DNA of 64,000 nucleotides from Armatimonadota bacterium (GCA_023511795.1 JAIMAU010000006.1:77730-141729); one strand, 5' to 3'; numbered from the stretch's first letter, positions 10,401-20,156 are shown. The notes: a model not told the origin generated them from the letters alone. A program made the numbers and translations.

Positions 10401-10437
10401 TTAAAGGATTCTCGACACTCAACAAACATAAGAAAAA

Positions 10438-10469
10438 GCGATTAGCCAAAAGCTAATCGCTTTTTTATT
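10438..10469 (+). terminator. Rho-independent terminator
   Basis: GCGATTAGC-CAAAA-GCTAATCGC perfect 9-bp stem, followed by TTTTTTATT. Confidence 0.7.
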
Positions 10470-10724
10470 CCAAAATAAAACCCCATAATTTTAATCGTGC
10501 TGCCAACAATTAGTTTAAAATTAAACGTTCCTATGTTCACAGATTCTCTGAGCACGTTTACTAATATATTTAACCAGCTTTCGTTGAAATTTCGTAATTT
10601 CACTCAAACACAAAGGCCATGAATCTAGCTGACATCTTTTTACTTTCCCTGCAATCCTGCGCAAACACACCCCCATTGAAGCAAATCGATTCCATCTTAA
10701 TCAAAAGCAGGCCAACCACAGACT

Positions 10725-10753
10725 TTGTCAAATGTGTACGAATCTTATATAAT
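10725..10753 (+). promoter_or_regulatory. Sigma-70-type promoter for pfp
   Basis: TTGTCA (10725-10730), 17-nt spacer, TATAAT (10748-10753). The track's TTG start at 10725 is the -35 box itself. Confidence 0.55.
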
Positions 10754-10817
10754 ACAGAATGGTGTCCTAGAATGCGGCGCCCCTATCCAGAAAAACTTTG
10801 GGGAGGAGTTCAAAGAT

Positions 10818-12473
10818 ATGGGAACTGAAATATCAATTTTGCAGAAAGCGCGAGCAGCCTATCAACCCAAGCTGCCAAAGGCATTGCGCGAAGGAAGAAT
10901 CAAGGTTGAACTCGGACCGCCTTCCGAACCTGCAACAGACAAAGTAGAGATACAGGCATTATTCCCAAACACCTACGGCCAGCCGATTGCAACATTGGCT
11001 GAAGGCGATGGGAATCTTAGCACAGCTCCTATGAAAGTTGGAGTTGTCCTTTCTGGCGGCCAGGCTCCTGGCGGTCATAATGTCATCGCAGGTTTGTTCG
11101 ATGCACTAAAGGCAGCAAACCCTGAAAGCAAGCTCTATGGCTTCCTCAAAGGGCCGGGAGGGGTGATAAAGTGTAAATACAAAGAACTTACAGCTGATGT
11201 AATAGACAAGTACCGCAACACTGGCGGTTTTGACATGATCATGAGCGGCAGAGACAAGATAGAAAAGATTGAGGAACTGGAAGCATGCGAAAAAAATTTC
11301 AAGGATCTCGGCCTTGATGGGCTAGTAATCATTGGCGGCGACGATTCGAATACAAACGCCGCCGTGCTCGCAGAGCACCTCAAAGCCAAGGGTTCTAAGA
11401 CTAAGATAATTGGAGTGCCAAAAACCATCGATGGCGATATGAAAAATGAACATATCGAGGCTTCCTTTGGATTCGACACTGCCGCAAAGTTATACTCCGA
11501 ACTTATCGGCAATATTGCTCGCGACGCAACCTCTGCAGTCAAATACTGGCATTTCATACGCTTAATGGGACGTGCGGCGAGCCACGTAACACTCGAGTGC
11601 GCGCTTCAAGTACATCCGAACATTGCACTGATTTCCGAAGAGGTCCAAGCCAAAGGCACAAATTTAGAAGAGATAGTTGACTATATCACCGATGTGATAG
11701 TCAAGCGTTCGCAGGCTGGAAAAAACTACGGTGTGCTACTCGTCCCAGAGGGGCTTGTAGAGTTTATCGCAGACATAAAAACCATGATAGATGAGTTGAG
11801 TGCAATTCTCGGCAAAGACGAGGAATATATCAAGAGCCTTCCAGACCATTCCGAGCGTGTACAGTATTTGAGTAGCTTGCTGAGCGAACACAGCGGAAAA
11901 GTATACAATTCACTACCGGTGGACATCCAGGAAGTCCTTCTCAAAAGAGACAGCCATGGGAACGTCCCGCTCTCACAAGTTGAAACCGAAAGGTTGCTGA
12001 TTGACCTGGTTTCCGACAAAATACGCTTCCTGCAAGCGCATGATGGCAAAGACTTCGTGAAGTTCAGTCCGCTATCACATTTCTTTGGGTATGAAGGCCG
12101 ATGCGCGGCACCGACTAACTTTGATGCAGATTATGCATATTCGCTTGGCTACGCAGCGGCACAGTTAATACGAGCTGGGCTGAGCGGATACACCGTAATG
12201 GTGAAAAACCTAACACGCCCAGCAGATGAATGGGTAGCAGGTGGTATCCCAATTACAATGATGCTTAATATGGAGGTTCGCAAAGGAAAACGCGTCCCTG
12301 TTATCCGAAAAGCGTTAGTAGACCTCGACGGCGCACCGTTCAAGGAGTTTGCAGCTAATCGAGAAAAATGGGCGCTAAATGACGAATATATTTACCCAGG
12401 TCCAATTCAGTATTTTGGACCGCCTGAAATTTGCGACGCACCAACAATAACGCTTACATTAGAAAGGCGTTAA
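10818..12473 (+). CDS. pfp: Pyrophosphate-dependent 6-phosphofructokinase (long PPi-PFK type)
   Basis: ATG at 10818, preceded by GGGGAGGAG. GGDDS/GGDGS-type motifs (VLSGGQAPGGHNV, IIGGDDSNTNAA). PKTIDGDM motif. About 550-aa long-type PFK with C-terminal extension. Confidence 0.85.
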   Translation: MGTEISILQKARAAYQPKLPKALREGRIKVELGPPSEPATDKVEIQALFPNTYGQPIATLAEGDGNLSTAPMKVGVVLSGGQAPGGHNVIAGLFDALKAANPESKLYGFLKGPGGVIKCKYKELTADVIDKYRNTGGFDMIMSGRDKIEKIEELEACEKNFKDLGLDGLVIIGGDDSNTNAAVLAEHLKAKGSKTKIIGVPKTIDGDMKNEHIEASFGFDTAAKLYSELIGNIARDATSAVKYWHFIRLMGRAASHVTLECALQVHPNIALISEEVQAKGTNLEEIVDYITDVIVKRSQAGKNYGVLLVPEGLVEFIADIKTMIDELSAILGKDEEYIKSLPDHSERVQYLSSLLSEHSGKVYNSLPVDIQEVLLKRDSHGNVPLSQVETERLLIDLVSDKIRFLQAHDGKDFVKFSPLSHFFGYEGRCAAPTNFDADYAYSLGYAAAQLIRAGLSGYTVMVKNLTRPADEWVAGGIPITMMLNMEVRKGKRVPVIRKALVDLDGAPFKEFAANREKWALNDEYIYPGPIQYFGPPEICDAPTITLTLERR

Positions 12474-12745
12474 TAGAAGGGGCATTAAAAGAATCGGAGC
12501 GGTCATATTTTATGCTGCTTTAGATGACGGTGTTGATGTCATCCACTGGAATGCATTATAGAAATACGATTGCAGCTGAAGTGACTGTTCTCCCATCTAG
12601 CGACTTTACTATTATGGCACGTCTGTGGTAAGATAATGCTAGGTCCCCCTTGACAGAATATTCTTACTTTGGGGACCGAGTGTGTAATCGTTTCCATACC
12701 GGCAATGGTCGGCAAATACTAACTAAATACTTTAGAGAGGTCAGT

Positions 12746-14566
12746 ATGTGTGGAATTGTTGGATTTATTGGAAGCAGGAACTGCGTATCATCCCTGCTTG
12801 ACCAACTTTCAAAGCTAGAGTACAGAGGCTATGACTCGGCAGGCATTGCAGTTGTGGCAGACCATTCTTTGAAAGTCGTCAAGACTGTCGGAAAGATCAA
12901 AGATCTCCGAAAAATTATTGGCGACCTAAGCGGGAATTTAGGAATCTGCCACACTCGATGGGCAACCCATGGTGCACCATCAACCCCAAACTCACATCCC
13001 CATACAAGCTGCGGAGGCGACATTGCAGTGGTCCACAACGGCATCGTAGAGAACTACCTTGAATTGCGAGAAAAGCTCACAAAAGAGGGACATGTCTTCA
13101 AATCTGAGACTGATACAGAAACAATCGCCCACCTAGTCGAAAAGTATTACAAGGGCGATCTCCTCGAAGCCGTTCGAGAGGCCGTAAAAGAGATAGAAGG
13201 ATCATACGCAATAGGCGTCATTCACAAAGACCATCCTGACATCTTGGTAGCAGCTCGGAAAGATAGTCCACTAATCGTCGGCATAGGGAAAGGTGAAAAC
13301 TACATTGCCTCAGATATCCCAGCGCTTCTTGGCCATACCCGTGAATTCATGGTACTAGAAGACGGCGACCTAGCCCTCCTAACGAAAGATAATATCACAC
13401 TTACTTCTGTTTCAGGAGCTCCGGTCAAGCGCGAGGTATTGCAGATTACGTGGGACGCCAACGCCGCGGAAAAAGGTGGCTACGAGCACTTCATGATAAA
13501 GGAGATACATGAGCAACCAGCGGTCATCAAAGAGGCTCTGCGAGGCAGACTAACCGCTGACGACACCGTGAGTCTTGAAGAAACAAAACTCACGCCCGAA
13601 CAACTTAAGAGGTTCAATCGCATTTACATTGTTGCATGCGGGACTGCGTACTATGCCGGTTGTGTGGGAAAATATTTCTTCGAGAAAGTACTTGGCGTGC
13701 CAGTTGAAGTTGATTTGGCATCCGAATTCCGATATCGTGGCCCAATACTAGACGATAAAAGCTTGGTAATCGCTATAAGCCAATCGGGTGAGACCGCGGA
13801 CACGCTAGCTGCAGTTCGTCTAGCGAAGAAGTTCGGCTCTACAACTGTGGCAGTTGTAAACGTAATCGGAAGCTCGTTATACAGAGAATGCGACAGCATT
13901 CTTTATACTCGTGCAGGGCCTGAAATCTGCGTTGCATCAACAAAAGCATACATCACTCAGATAATCGGCCTCTACCTGATGGGTATCTACCTTGCCCGCG
14001 CAAGAGGCACAATGTCTCTTGAACAAGAAAAGGAATACGTCAAAGAGCTGCGAAAGCTCCCTGAAGTAGCTGAGAGAGCAATGCAGACCGAAGACCAGAT
14101 AAAGGAAATTGCAAAGGCACTGGCTCCCCAGGAACACGCATACTTCCTTGGTCGTGGCTTGGACTACGCAGTCGGTTTGGAAGGTGCGCTCAAACTTAAA
14201 GAAATTTCCTATATTCATGCCGAGGCATACGCCGCTGGCGAGATGAAACATGGCCCACTTGCATTAATTACAAAAGGCACTTGGGTAATCGTTCCGGTAA
14301 CCCAAGAGCATGTGCGTGAGAAAACAATCTCGAACATCAAGGAAATGCAAGCTAGGGGAGCAACCATACTGGCGCTTCTCAAGGAAGGTGATCCCGACCT
14401 GAGCCATGTTGTTGACTATGTGGTCTGGGTGCCAAAGGTACACGACCTATTCATGCCTGTGCCAACTATGATTCCACTTCAGTTGCTTGCATACTGGACA
14501 TCCCAAATATTAAATCGCGAGATTGACCAGCCTAGGAACCTGGCAAAGAGCGTGACAGTAGAATAA
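12746..14566 (+). CDS. glmS: Glutamine--fructose-6-phosphate aminotransferase
   Basis: Starts MCGIVGF (N-terminal Cys nucleophile) after RBS agagagg. Two SIS domains (SQSGETADT). C-terminal KSVTVE. The track's TTG extension to 12650 is rejected. Confidence 0.9.
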   Translation: MCGIVGFIGSRNCVSSLLDQLSKLEYRGYDSAGIAVVADHSLKVVKTVGKIKDLRKIIGDLSGNLGICHTRWATHGAPSTPNSHPHTSCGGDIAVVHNGIVENYLELREKLTKEGHVFKSETDTETIAHLVEKYYKGDLLEAVREAVKEIEGSYAIGVIHKDHPDILVAARKDSPLIVGIGKGENYIASDIPALLGHTREFMVLEDGDLALLTKDNITLTSVSGAPVKREVLQITWDANAAEKGGYEHFMIKEIHEQPAVIKEALRGRLTADDTVSLEETKLTPEQLKRFNRIYIVACGTAYYAGCVGKYFFEKVLGVPVEVDLASEFRYRGPILDDKSLVIAISQSGETADTLAAVRLAKKFGSTTVAVVNVIGSSLYRECDSILYTRAGPEICVASTKAYITQIIGLYLMGIYLARARGTMSLEQEKEYVKELRKLPEVAERAMQTEDQIKEIAKALAPQEHAYFLGRGLDYAVGLEGALKLKEISYIHAEAYAAGEMKHGPLALITKGTWVIVPVTQEHVREKTISNIKEMQARGATILALLKEGDPDLSHVVDYVVWVPKVHDLFMPVPTMIPLQLLAYWTSQILNREIDQPRNLAKSVTVE

Positions 14567-14710
14567 AACACAAGCTCGTATAAAGCCATAGTCGGCACGA
14601 TTTGCTGACTATCAAAGACGGATTGTTGCACTAAAAGGGAGATTAGGTGCGAGAAAAGTAGTGTTTCTCCGACTACATTAGTTCACCTACTCTCCCTTTA
14701 TTACAATATC

Positions 14711-15589
14711 ATGAGCACTGTTCTTATTTACAATCCAACTGCTGGCCGAAGCCATCCGAGGCTGTTTAGAAGGGGATTAGAGCAAGTCATTTGTGAACAC
14801 GGCTTAGACTGCGAAATCAAGTCAACAGCCAAGCCAGGTGATGCGACGATTTTTGCGCATCAGGCGGCAGAAAAAGGCGCAAAGCTAATAATTGCGGCTG
14901 GTGGGGACGGAACAATTAACGAAGTTGTCACTGGAATGGCCGGTTCAGGCGCTACTCTGGGTATTCTACCTCTTGGCACTGTCAATGTTCTTGCCCGCGA
15001 GCTTGGAATTCCACTAAAAATCAACAAAGCCATTAAAACTATCCTTCAAGGGCATGTCAAGAACATAGATATTGGCATCGCAAACAGCAGATGCTTTGTG
15101 CTGATGGCAGGTTTCGGATTCGATGCCGAAGTAGTCGCAAACATCGTTCAGCCGCTTAAAGACCTCATAGGCGCTACAGCATATGTGCTTAAAGGTCTCG
15201 AAACCCTTGCAAGGTACAAGGCAACGAAATTCACCCTTGAAATGCCAGATAACCGCTATTCGGGCTTGGCATACGTCGTGGTGGTTGCAAACTCCCCGAC
15301 TTACACATACAAGTTGAAAATTGCACCATATGGGTCGCATGACGACGGTCTCCTAGATGTCCTTGTTTTCGAGCAACCAGTAACGTTCAAATTGGGGTTT
15401 TTGCGCCAAATTTTTGAACTATTCATGCAAAGGCATGTTTATAACAAAAACATCCGATACTTTAAGACAACAAGCGTGATTGTGCGCTCAGAACCTGACA
15501 CAATGGTTCAACTCGATGGCGATTATTTCGGCAAAACCCCAGTAGCAGTCTCCATCTCTCCACACGCCCTTCCTGTCCTTGTTCCCTAG
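14711..15589 (+). CDS. Diacylglycerol kinase-family lipid kinase (YegS/DagK-like)
   Basis: GGDGTINEVV motif and DAGK catalytic domain architecture. 292 aa. Confidence 0.75.
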   Translation: MSTVLIYNPTAGRSHPRLFRRGLEQVICEHGLDCEIKSTAKPGDATIFAHQAAEKGAKLIIAAGGDGTINEVVTGMAGSGATLGILPLGTVNVLARELGIPLKINKAIKTILQGHVKNIDIGIANSRCFVLMAGFGFDAEVVANIVQPLKDLIGATAYVLKGLETLARYKATKFTLEMPDNRYSGLAYVVVVANSPTYTYKLKIAPYGSHDDGLLDVLVFEQPVTFKLGFLRQIFELFMQRHVYNKNIRYFKTTSVIVRSEPDTMVQLDGDYFGKTPVAVSISPHALPVLVP

Positions 15590-15628
15590 TATTTTCGGCA
15601 AATCCCCTATTTAACACTGCTAAAAGAT

Positions 15629-15652
15629 AAGGCAGGGATTTCTCCCTGCCTT
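15629..15652. terminator. Bidirectional hairpin terminator between convergent genes
   Basis: AAGGCAGGGA-tttc-TCCCTGCCTT 10-bp stem. T-rich flank on both strands (cctttatt on plus, tcttttag on minus). Confidence 0.55.
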
Positions 15653-15701
15653 GAAGCGTTCCTTTATTGCGGATGGATTTTAACCTGCCTACATGTTGTC
15701 T

Positions 15702-17264
15702 TTAGTACTCGATGCTAAACTGGACGAAGTCCGTTGAGCTCGAGTGAGAAGTGCTCTTGATAGTAGTATACTGCCGCAGCCTGACCTCACCTGAAGCTGA
15801 GATATAACTCGCCGGGGAAGTTGTGCTCCAAGTTATGGTGACATCACTATTGCCCACCGTTCTGCTATCTATCTCCACCCATGACGAGGTGGACCAATTG
15901 TAAAGGTACAGCTTTTGATTCAAAGAGGTGGAGAGCTTACCATCAAATGTGATGCTAAGCTTCGTCACGCTACCGGGTGCCTCCGCTATTGAGACACTGC
16001 TGTACCAATCAATAATCTGGCTTTGACCTTGCTTTGCAGAGTTGATCACCAGATATGAGGAATCATTCGAGGCTAAGTTGCTTACAGAACCCGAGGCCAC
16101 ACTGCCTTTTGTAAGCGTGATTGACGTGGGCGCATAGTTCTTGGTCTGGACGCCAGGTGTAGTTGCATAGGCTGGAGCACTTTGAGCCGATTCGTTGCCC
16201 GCTGCATCATAAGCGCTAACCGTATAGGTATAGCTGGTGTTCGGCGAGCAAGTGGTATCTGAATAGCTGGTTGCGGTCGAGATACCAATCTGAGCACCAT
16301 TTCGGTAGATTTTATAGCCAGCAACTCCTATATTGTCCGTGGACGCAGTCCACGAGAGATCAACACGGGTCTTGGACACCGGCGTGGCAGTCAGGTTTGT
16401 CGGCACACTCGGTGGTTGGGAATCTATATCACCGACTTTCAAGAACCTCGCCGCGTCAGCCATGACCACCAGACTGGCTTCGCCTGTAGCATTGCCAAGC
16501 CTCAGGTAGCCGCCAGTTCCAGTAGCAAACGGTTTGGAGCTGACCAAAATGTTCCAACGGCCACCGTTCGTCTGTTGATTAACCTCAACCAGCTGGGAGC
16601 CGCCGTTCCAATACACAGCGTATGGTGCCTTTGTGGAACGGTTGGTTCCCTGCGGATACCAGCAGTAGACATCATAGTAACCAGCCAATTGAATGTTTGG
16701 CCTCCAAGTAGCTGTGCCTGTCTCGGTTGTCTGCGTGCCTATATAACGGTAATCCGACCCATATTTATCCACAGACATTGTGCCAGTAGACCATGTCCCA
16801 GTGAACGTAGCGTCAGGATTGTCAATAATGAAATCGGTAGTCGCGGGCGTAGTCACGACTGCTGGAGCGCTTTTCCCAGACTCGTTCAGGGCACCATCGT
16901 AAGCCGTTACTTCGTAGGTATAGGTTGTATTCGATGAGCATGTTGTATCGGAGTAACTAGTGGTTGTGCTCACGCCGATTTGTGAGTTATTCCTATAGAT
17001 TTTGTAGCCAACAACGCCTACATTATCGGTCGAGGCGCTCCATGTAAGGTTTACCTGAGTGGGTGAAACTGGCGTAGCGGCAAGGTTCTGCGGCACACTC
17101 GGCGGCTGGGTGTCTGGTTCACCACCCACCTGGATTGACTTTTGAACAGTTGCACCAAACCATGTTACGCCATCGCGAACCATCCGCCAATCGGTGATGT
17201 AGTTACCAGGTGTAGTTGGTGCCGTCAAAGTGAACGTCCAAGTATATGTATCGCCCGGGTTCAC
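15702..17264 (-). CDS. C-terminal segment of a large cell-wall-associated multidomain protein: Ig-like (NBR1/CARDB-like) domain, two Fn3 repeats and two carbohydrate-binding-like modules
   Basis: Two near-identical Fn3 units (PPSVP.NL.ATPVS...YKIYRN...YTY.V.AYD..GNES). Repeated YxWYPxGxNRS...APYAVYWNGG modules. N-terminal WRMVRDGVTWFG Ig-like motif. GTG start at 17264 directly after an in-frame stop. Likely the continuation of 17203..17910. Confidence 0.55.
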   Translation of the reverse strand: MNPGDTYTWTFTLTAPTTPGNYITDWRMVRDGVTWFGATVQKSIQVGGEPDTQPPSVPQNLAATPVSPTQVNLTWSASTDNVGVVGYKIYRNNSQIGVSTTTSYSDTTCSSNTTYTYEVTAYDGALNESGKSAPAVVTTPATTDFIIDNPDATFTGTWSTGTMSVDKYGSDYRYIGTQTTETGTATWRPNIQLAGYYDVYCWYPQGTNRSTKAPYAVYWNGGSQLVEVNQQTNGGRWNILVSSKPFATGTGGYLRLGNATGEASLVVMADAARFLKVGDIDSQPPSVPTNLTATPVSKTRVDLSWTASTDNIGVAGYKIYRNGAQIGISTATSYSDTTCSPNTSYTYTVSAYDAAGNESAQSAPAYATTPGVQTKNYAPTSITLTKGSVASGSVSNLASNDSSYLVINSAKQGQSQIIDWYSSVSIAEAPGSVTKLSITFDGKLSTSLNQKLYLYNWSTSSWVEIDSRTVGNSDVTITWSTTSPASYISASGEVRLRQYTTIKSTSHSSSTDFVQFSIEY

Positions 17265-17910
17265 CTCTCCTGATTATAGTATGGCGGGTTTGGGTTGTAA
17301 ATGGGTCGGAATCATCAACCGCACCAAGCCTGAATGCCTTTGCCTCCGACCAAACTACTCCCCTATTGCGTAGCGTAATACTGACTTGTCTGACTTCTCC
17401 GGGCGCCATTTGGGAGGGTATAGTGTCGCTCACATATTCCGACGAATAGAAACCCCAGGTAGGAGTTGTTCCGAAATACTGACAGATGCCTTTGTAGATT
17501 CCCCACATAGCGCCTGAAGTCCAGAACGAATCCCTCAGCCTAATGGCATCGAGGTCGCAAGTGTCATGGAAGGCTAACTCAATGAGAATCGCCGCCCTAT
17601 CTGGGATTCGGATTTCGCCATATGCTCCGTTCGAGTCAGCCTTTCCTCGGTCTACCCATCCCGAGTCACCGATTTCATTGCGGATTGTGGATATTAGACT
17701 ATCGTGAACCGCATTAGCAAGATTTTGGCTGACATTACACCAAGCAGCATGCTCAGCGGAGCAATCGTAATAGGTAATCGTGCCTGTCGGGCACGTTGTG
17801 CCATAGCAGTCACCTTGATAGCCATTTGTGGAGGGAAATGTAAATGTTTGTGTTGTCGTAGTCTGAGGCAAGTGGTCTCGCACGTATATCGTCACTTGAT
17901 TCGCTGGCAC
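17203..17910 (-). CDS. Middle segment: C-terminal half of an N-acetylmuramoyl-L-alanine amidase (Amidase_3) domain
   Basis: YGEIRIPDRAAILIELAFHDTCDLDA matches the Amidase_3 C-terminal consensus (vLvElgFisN..d). Overlaps the neighbouring ORFs in other frames at both ends. Confidence 0.5.
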   Translation of the reverse strand: MPANQVTIYVRDHLPQTTTTQTFTFPSTNGYQGDCYGTTCPTGTITYYDCSAEHAAWCNVSQNLANAVHDSLISTIRNEIGDSGWVDRGKADSNGAYGEIRIPDRAAILIELAFHDTCDLDAIRLRDSFWTSGAMWGIYKGICQYFGTTPTWGFYSSEYVSDTIPSQMAPGEVRQVSITLRNRGVVWSEAKAFRLGAVDDSDPFTTQTRHTIIRRGEPGRYIYLDVHFDGTNYTW

Positions 17911-18727
17911 CAGTTCCTAACGTGCAGTCGCCAGTATAGCTAGCATATACACTACACGGATATCCTACATGCTGGAGCCAGTAGGATGCACCCATTTTCC
18001 ACCAATCCTGATTGGAAAGCGGACAAGTACCATAGTTCTTGTCTGTACAACGGACCATCTTGACAAGCATGCCGTCGGCTTCAAGGTAAGACTTTAGATA
18101 TATCGAGTAAGTAAGGTTATGGAAGTCCTCCTGGTCAAGTGGCGCACAGTAGACGGGACGGGCTGTATACCAACCACTGCCATTCCAGTATATACCATGG
18201 CCTGGTGAGAGCGTTATGCTCCGTCCGCTTAGAGATTGAATGCCAACTTCGCCGGTGGGCTCAGTTGCTCCAGCAGGCTCGATTTCGGGCGCAGGCGGCA
18301 GGAAGTTCGACATAAGTTCTCCATTGACTGTGAGCCTTATGCTTTTTCTTGGGATGAACTGCTCCACTGTTGCCTTCGTTTGCTTGAAGATTGCCTCTAA
18401 CCTAGCTTCGTCAAGCCCCGCTAGCACCTCTTCGGAGAAGTCCACTACTACCGTGTCCCCCTCAATATTCATGCCTTTGATTTTCGTGCCCCTTGGGATC
18501 GCTGAACCTAGCCCGCCAGCACCGTATACCATCTCAGGCCCTGCAGCAAGTGCGCTTAGGGCGGAGATTGGATCCGCTATTGCAGGGTCATTGATGCCGA
18601 CCATTGAGCCGTCCTGGCTCAAGAAATACACCGTGCCTGACTGGCACGCTCCTCCTAAGAGCAAGCTTAGAAAAAGAGTCAGGGGCAAAATAAGGTGGAA
18701 TGGAAAACGCATGCCTTTCATTGGCAT
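17810..18727 (-). CDS. N-terminal segment: signal peptide, GerMN-like domain and N-terminal half of Amidase_3
   Basis: Signal peptide MPMKGMRFPFHLILPLTLFLSLLLGGA. KIKGMNIEGDTVVVDFSEEVL is GerMN-like. ITLSPGHGIYWNG...DIRARPLASDYDNTNIYISLH matches the Amidase_3 N-terminal half and stops just before the expected NA of the HxNA motif. Confidence 0.55.
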   Translation of the reverse strand: MPMKGMRFPFHLILPLTLFLSLLLGGACQSGTVYFLSQDGSMVGINDPAIADPISALSALAAGPEMVYGAGGLGSAIPRGTKIKGMNIEGDTVVVDFSEEVLAGLDEARLEAIFKQTKATVEQFIPRKSIRLTVNGELMSNFLPPAPEIEPAGATEPTGEVGIQSLSGRSITLSPGHGIYWNGSGWYTARPVYCAPLDQEDFHNLTYSIYLKSYLEADGMLVKMVRCTDKNYGTCPLSNQDWWKMGASYWLQHVGYPCSVYASYTGDCTLGTGASESSDDIRARPLASDYDNTNIYISLHKWLSR

Positions 18728-18991
18728 CCCTCCCGAGAGATAAAATTCCGCACGGCAGCATGAAGATCGTTGGTGGCCTCCGGGAGAAATGCTAGCAAGT
18801 AATGGCTAGCTAGCGTGGAACGATCATCTGTGAGTGCCGAGCGATACCAAAGCCATTTTAATTTATTATTAAGTGTTTGTCAACTAAATAAACTACCGTA
18901 AGATAGATTTGATTCCTACCCTCGATGGAAGTCTTCCCAACCCACGTCAAACTTGATAATACCAAATAAACTGTTTTAGCAACGCAGTTGC

Positions 18992-19020
18992 TTGCTCCTA
19001 TTTCATAAGCGTGCTATAAT
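18992..19020 (+). promoter_or_regulatory. Sigma-70-type promoter with extended -10 for cdsA
   Basis: TTGCTC (18992-18997), 17-nt spacer, TGcTATAAT (19012-19020). The track ORF start (TTG at 18992) is the -35 box. Confidence 0.45.
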
Positions 19021-19060
19021 GCCCACCGAAGTCTATTTGAATGCGCACCGAGGCAAGAAC

Positions 19061-19897
19061 ATGATTATGCGCTTTGTCAGCGGGATTATTGGCATTCCGC
19101 TGATGATTCTCTCGCTTCTCGTATGGAAGGGAACACCCTTCATCTTAGCTATTGGATTGCTTTCGCTGCTAGGGTTGAACGAGTTCTACCGAGGTGTGCG
19201 CAGGACCGGCGCCGAACCCCAGGAATGGCTTGGCGTTGGGTGTGTAATACTTTTCCTTTTTGCCGCACGAGAGAGGTTCAATCCACCAGTGATTTTAATG
19301 CCGGGCGTTTTGACCTTCTTTATAATTTCCAGCTTGTCCATTGAGCTCTTAAAACGCGACCGGGCCCCGATTCGGAATCTCGGTGTGACATACCTGGGAG
19401 TAATCTATGTCGGCTGGCTGTTCTCCTATCTAGTGGCTCTCCAAAGCATCCCAGGAAAAACCCAAATGAAAATCACTGGCTTCGAGGTTCCATGGGGAGC
19501 ATGGCTTGTACTATTTGTCGTTTTCGCAGCATGGGCGGCGGATACTGGAGCATACTTGATAGGTCGAAAATGGGGTTATCATAAAATGACACCAGTTCTA
19601 AGCCCCGGGAAAAGCTGGGAGGGTGCACTTGCTGGCATCACATGGTCCGTCGCTATGTGCGTGGTTATGGGGCTACTCGTCTCGATGCCGTGGGTCCACA
19701 TTTTGGTGCTTGGCGTTAGCATCGCACTCGTAAGCTTGGTTGGCGACCTGGTAGAATCATCCTTGAAGCGCGAACTTGGACTCAAAGACTTTGGCAGCGT
19801 CCTACCGGGCCATGGGGGAATTCTTGACCGCTTTGATGGTCTTTTCTTTGCGGCTCCGTTCTTCTATTACTACGTCACACTTGTTATGAAATTTTAG
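19061..19897 (+). CDS. cdsA: Phosphatidate cytidylyltransferase (CDP-diglyceride synthase)
   Basis: ATG at 19061 after a GAGG RBS. Multi-TM protein. SPGKSWEGALAG signature and C-terminal GHGGILDRFDG. Confidence 0.8.
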   Translation: MIMRFVSGIIGIPLMILSLLVWKGTPFILAIGLLSLLGLNEFYRGVRRTGAEPQEWLGVGCVILFLFAARERFNPPVILMPGVLTFFIISSLSIELLKRDRAPIRNLGVTYLGVIYVGWLFSYLVALQSIPGKTQMKITGFEVPWGAWLVLFVVFAAWAADTGAYLIGRKWGYHKMTPVLSPGKSWEGALAGITWSVAMCVVMGLLVSMPWVHILVLGVSIALVSLVGDLVESSLKRELGLKDFGSVLPGHGGILDRFDGLFFAAPFFYYYVTLVMKF

Positions 19898-20046
19898 CAC
19901 CAATCTAAATCATCCAGGACTTTGGAAAATTTATAAACAACCAAATTGGCTTATAAACAGCTTGAATTTTCCCATTGCACTAAATTAAAAACTACTTTGA
20001 GATCTTCAACCGGCTTTTGATGTTGAATTTTGGAGGATAATAAAAA

Positions 20047-20121
20047 TGGCTGCCGGACCAGGACTCGAACCTGGAACATCGTGGTCCAGAGCCACGCGCT
20101 CTACCATTGAGCTATCCGGCA
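20047..20121 (-). tRNA. tRNA-Gln (anticodon CUG), CCA encoded
   Basis: Reverse complement folds as acceptor UGCCGGA/UCCGGCA, U8, D-arm GCUC..GAGC, anticodon stem CGUGG/CCACG with loop CUCUGGA (anticodon CUG), T-arm CCAGG-UUCGAGU-CCUGG, G73 discriminator and CCA. U1-A72 and G73 are typical of tRNA-Gln. Confidence 0.9.
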
Positions 20122-20156
20122 GCGCACTTACATGATATCATGCATTGGGTTAGATG

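Noticed and set aside
10619-10828. 69-aa ORF, plus the TTG-initiated 5' extension of the pfp ORF at 10725
   Set aside because: The TTG at 10725 is the -35 hexamer of a clear TTGTCA-17-TATAAT promoter. The real pfp start is the ATG at 10818 with a GGGGAGGAG RBS.
12650-12745. TTG-initiated extension of glmS, and the possibility of a glmS ribozyme
   Set aside because: GlmS must begin with the Cys of MCGIVG (12746) after an RBS. I could not see the conserved glmS ribozyme core in the leader, so no ribozyme feature is called. It is flagged only as something to scan.
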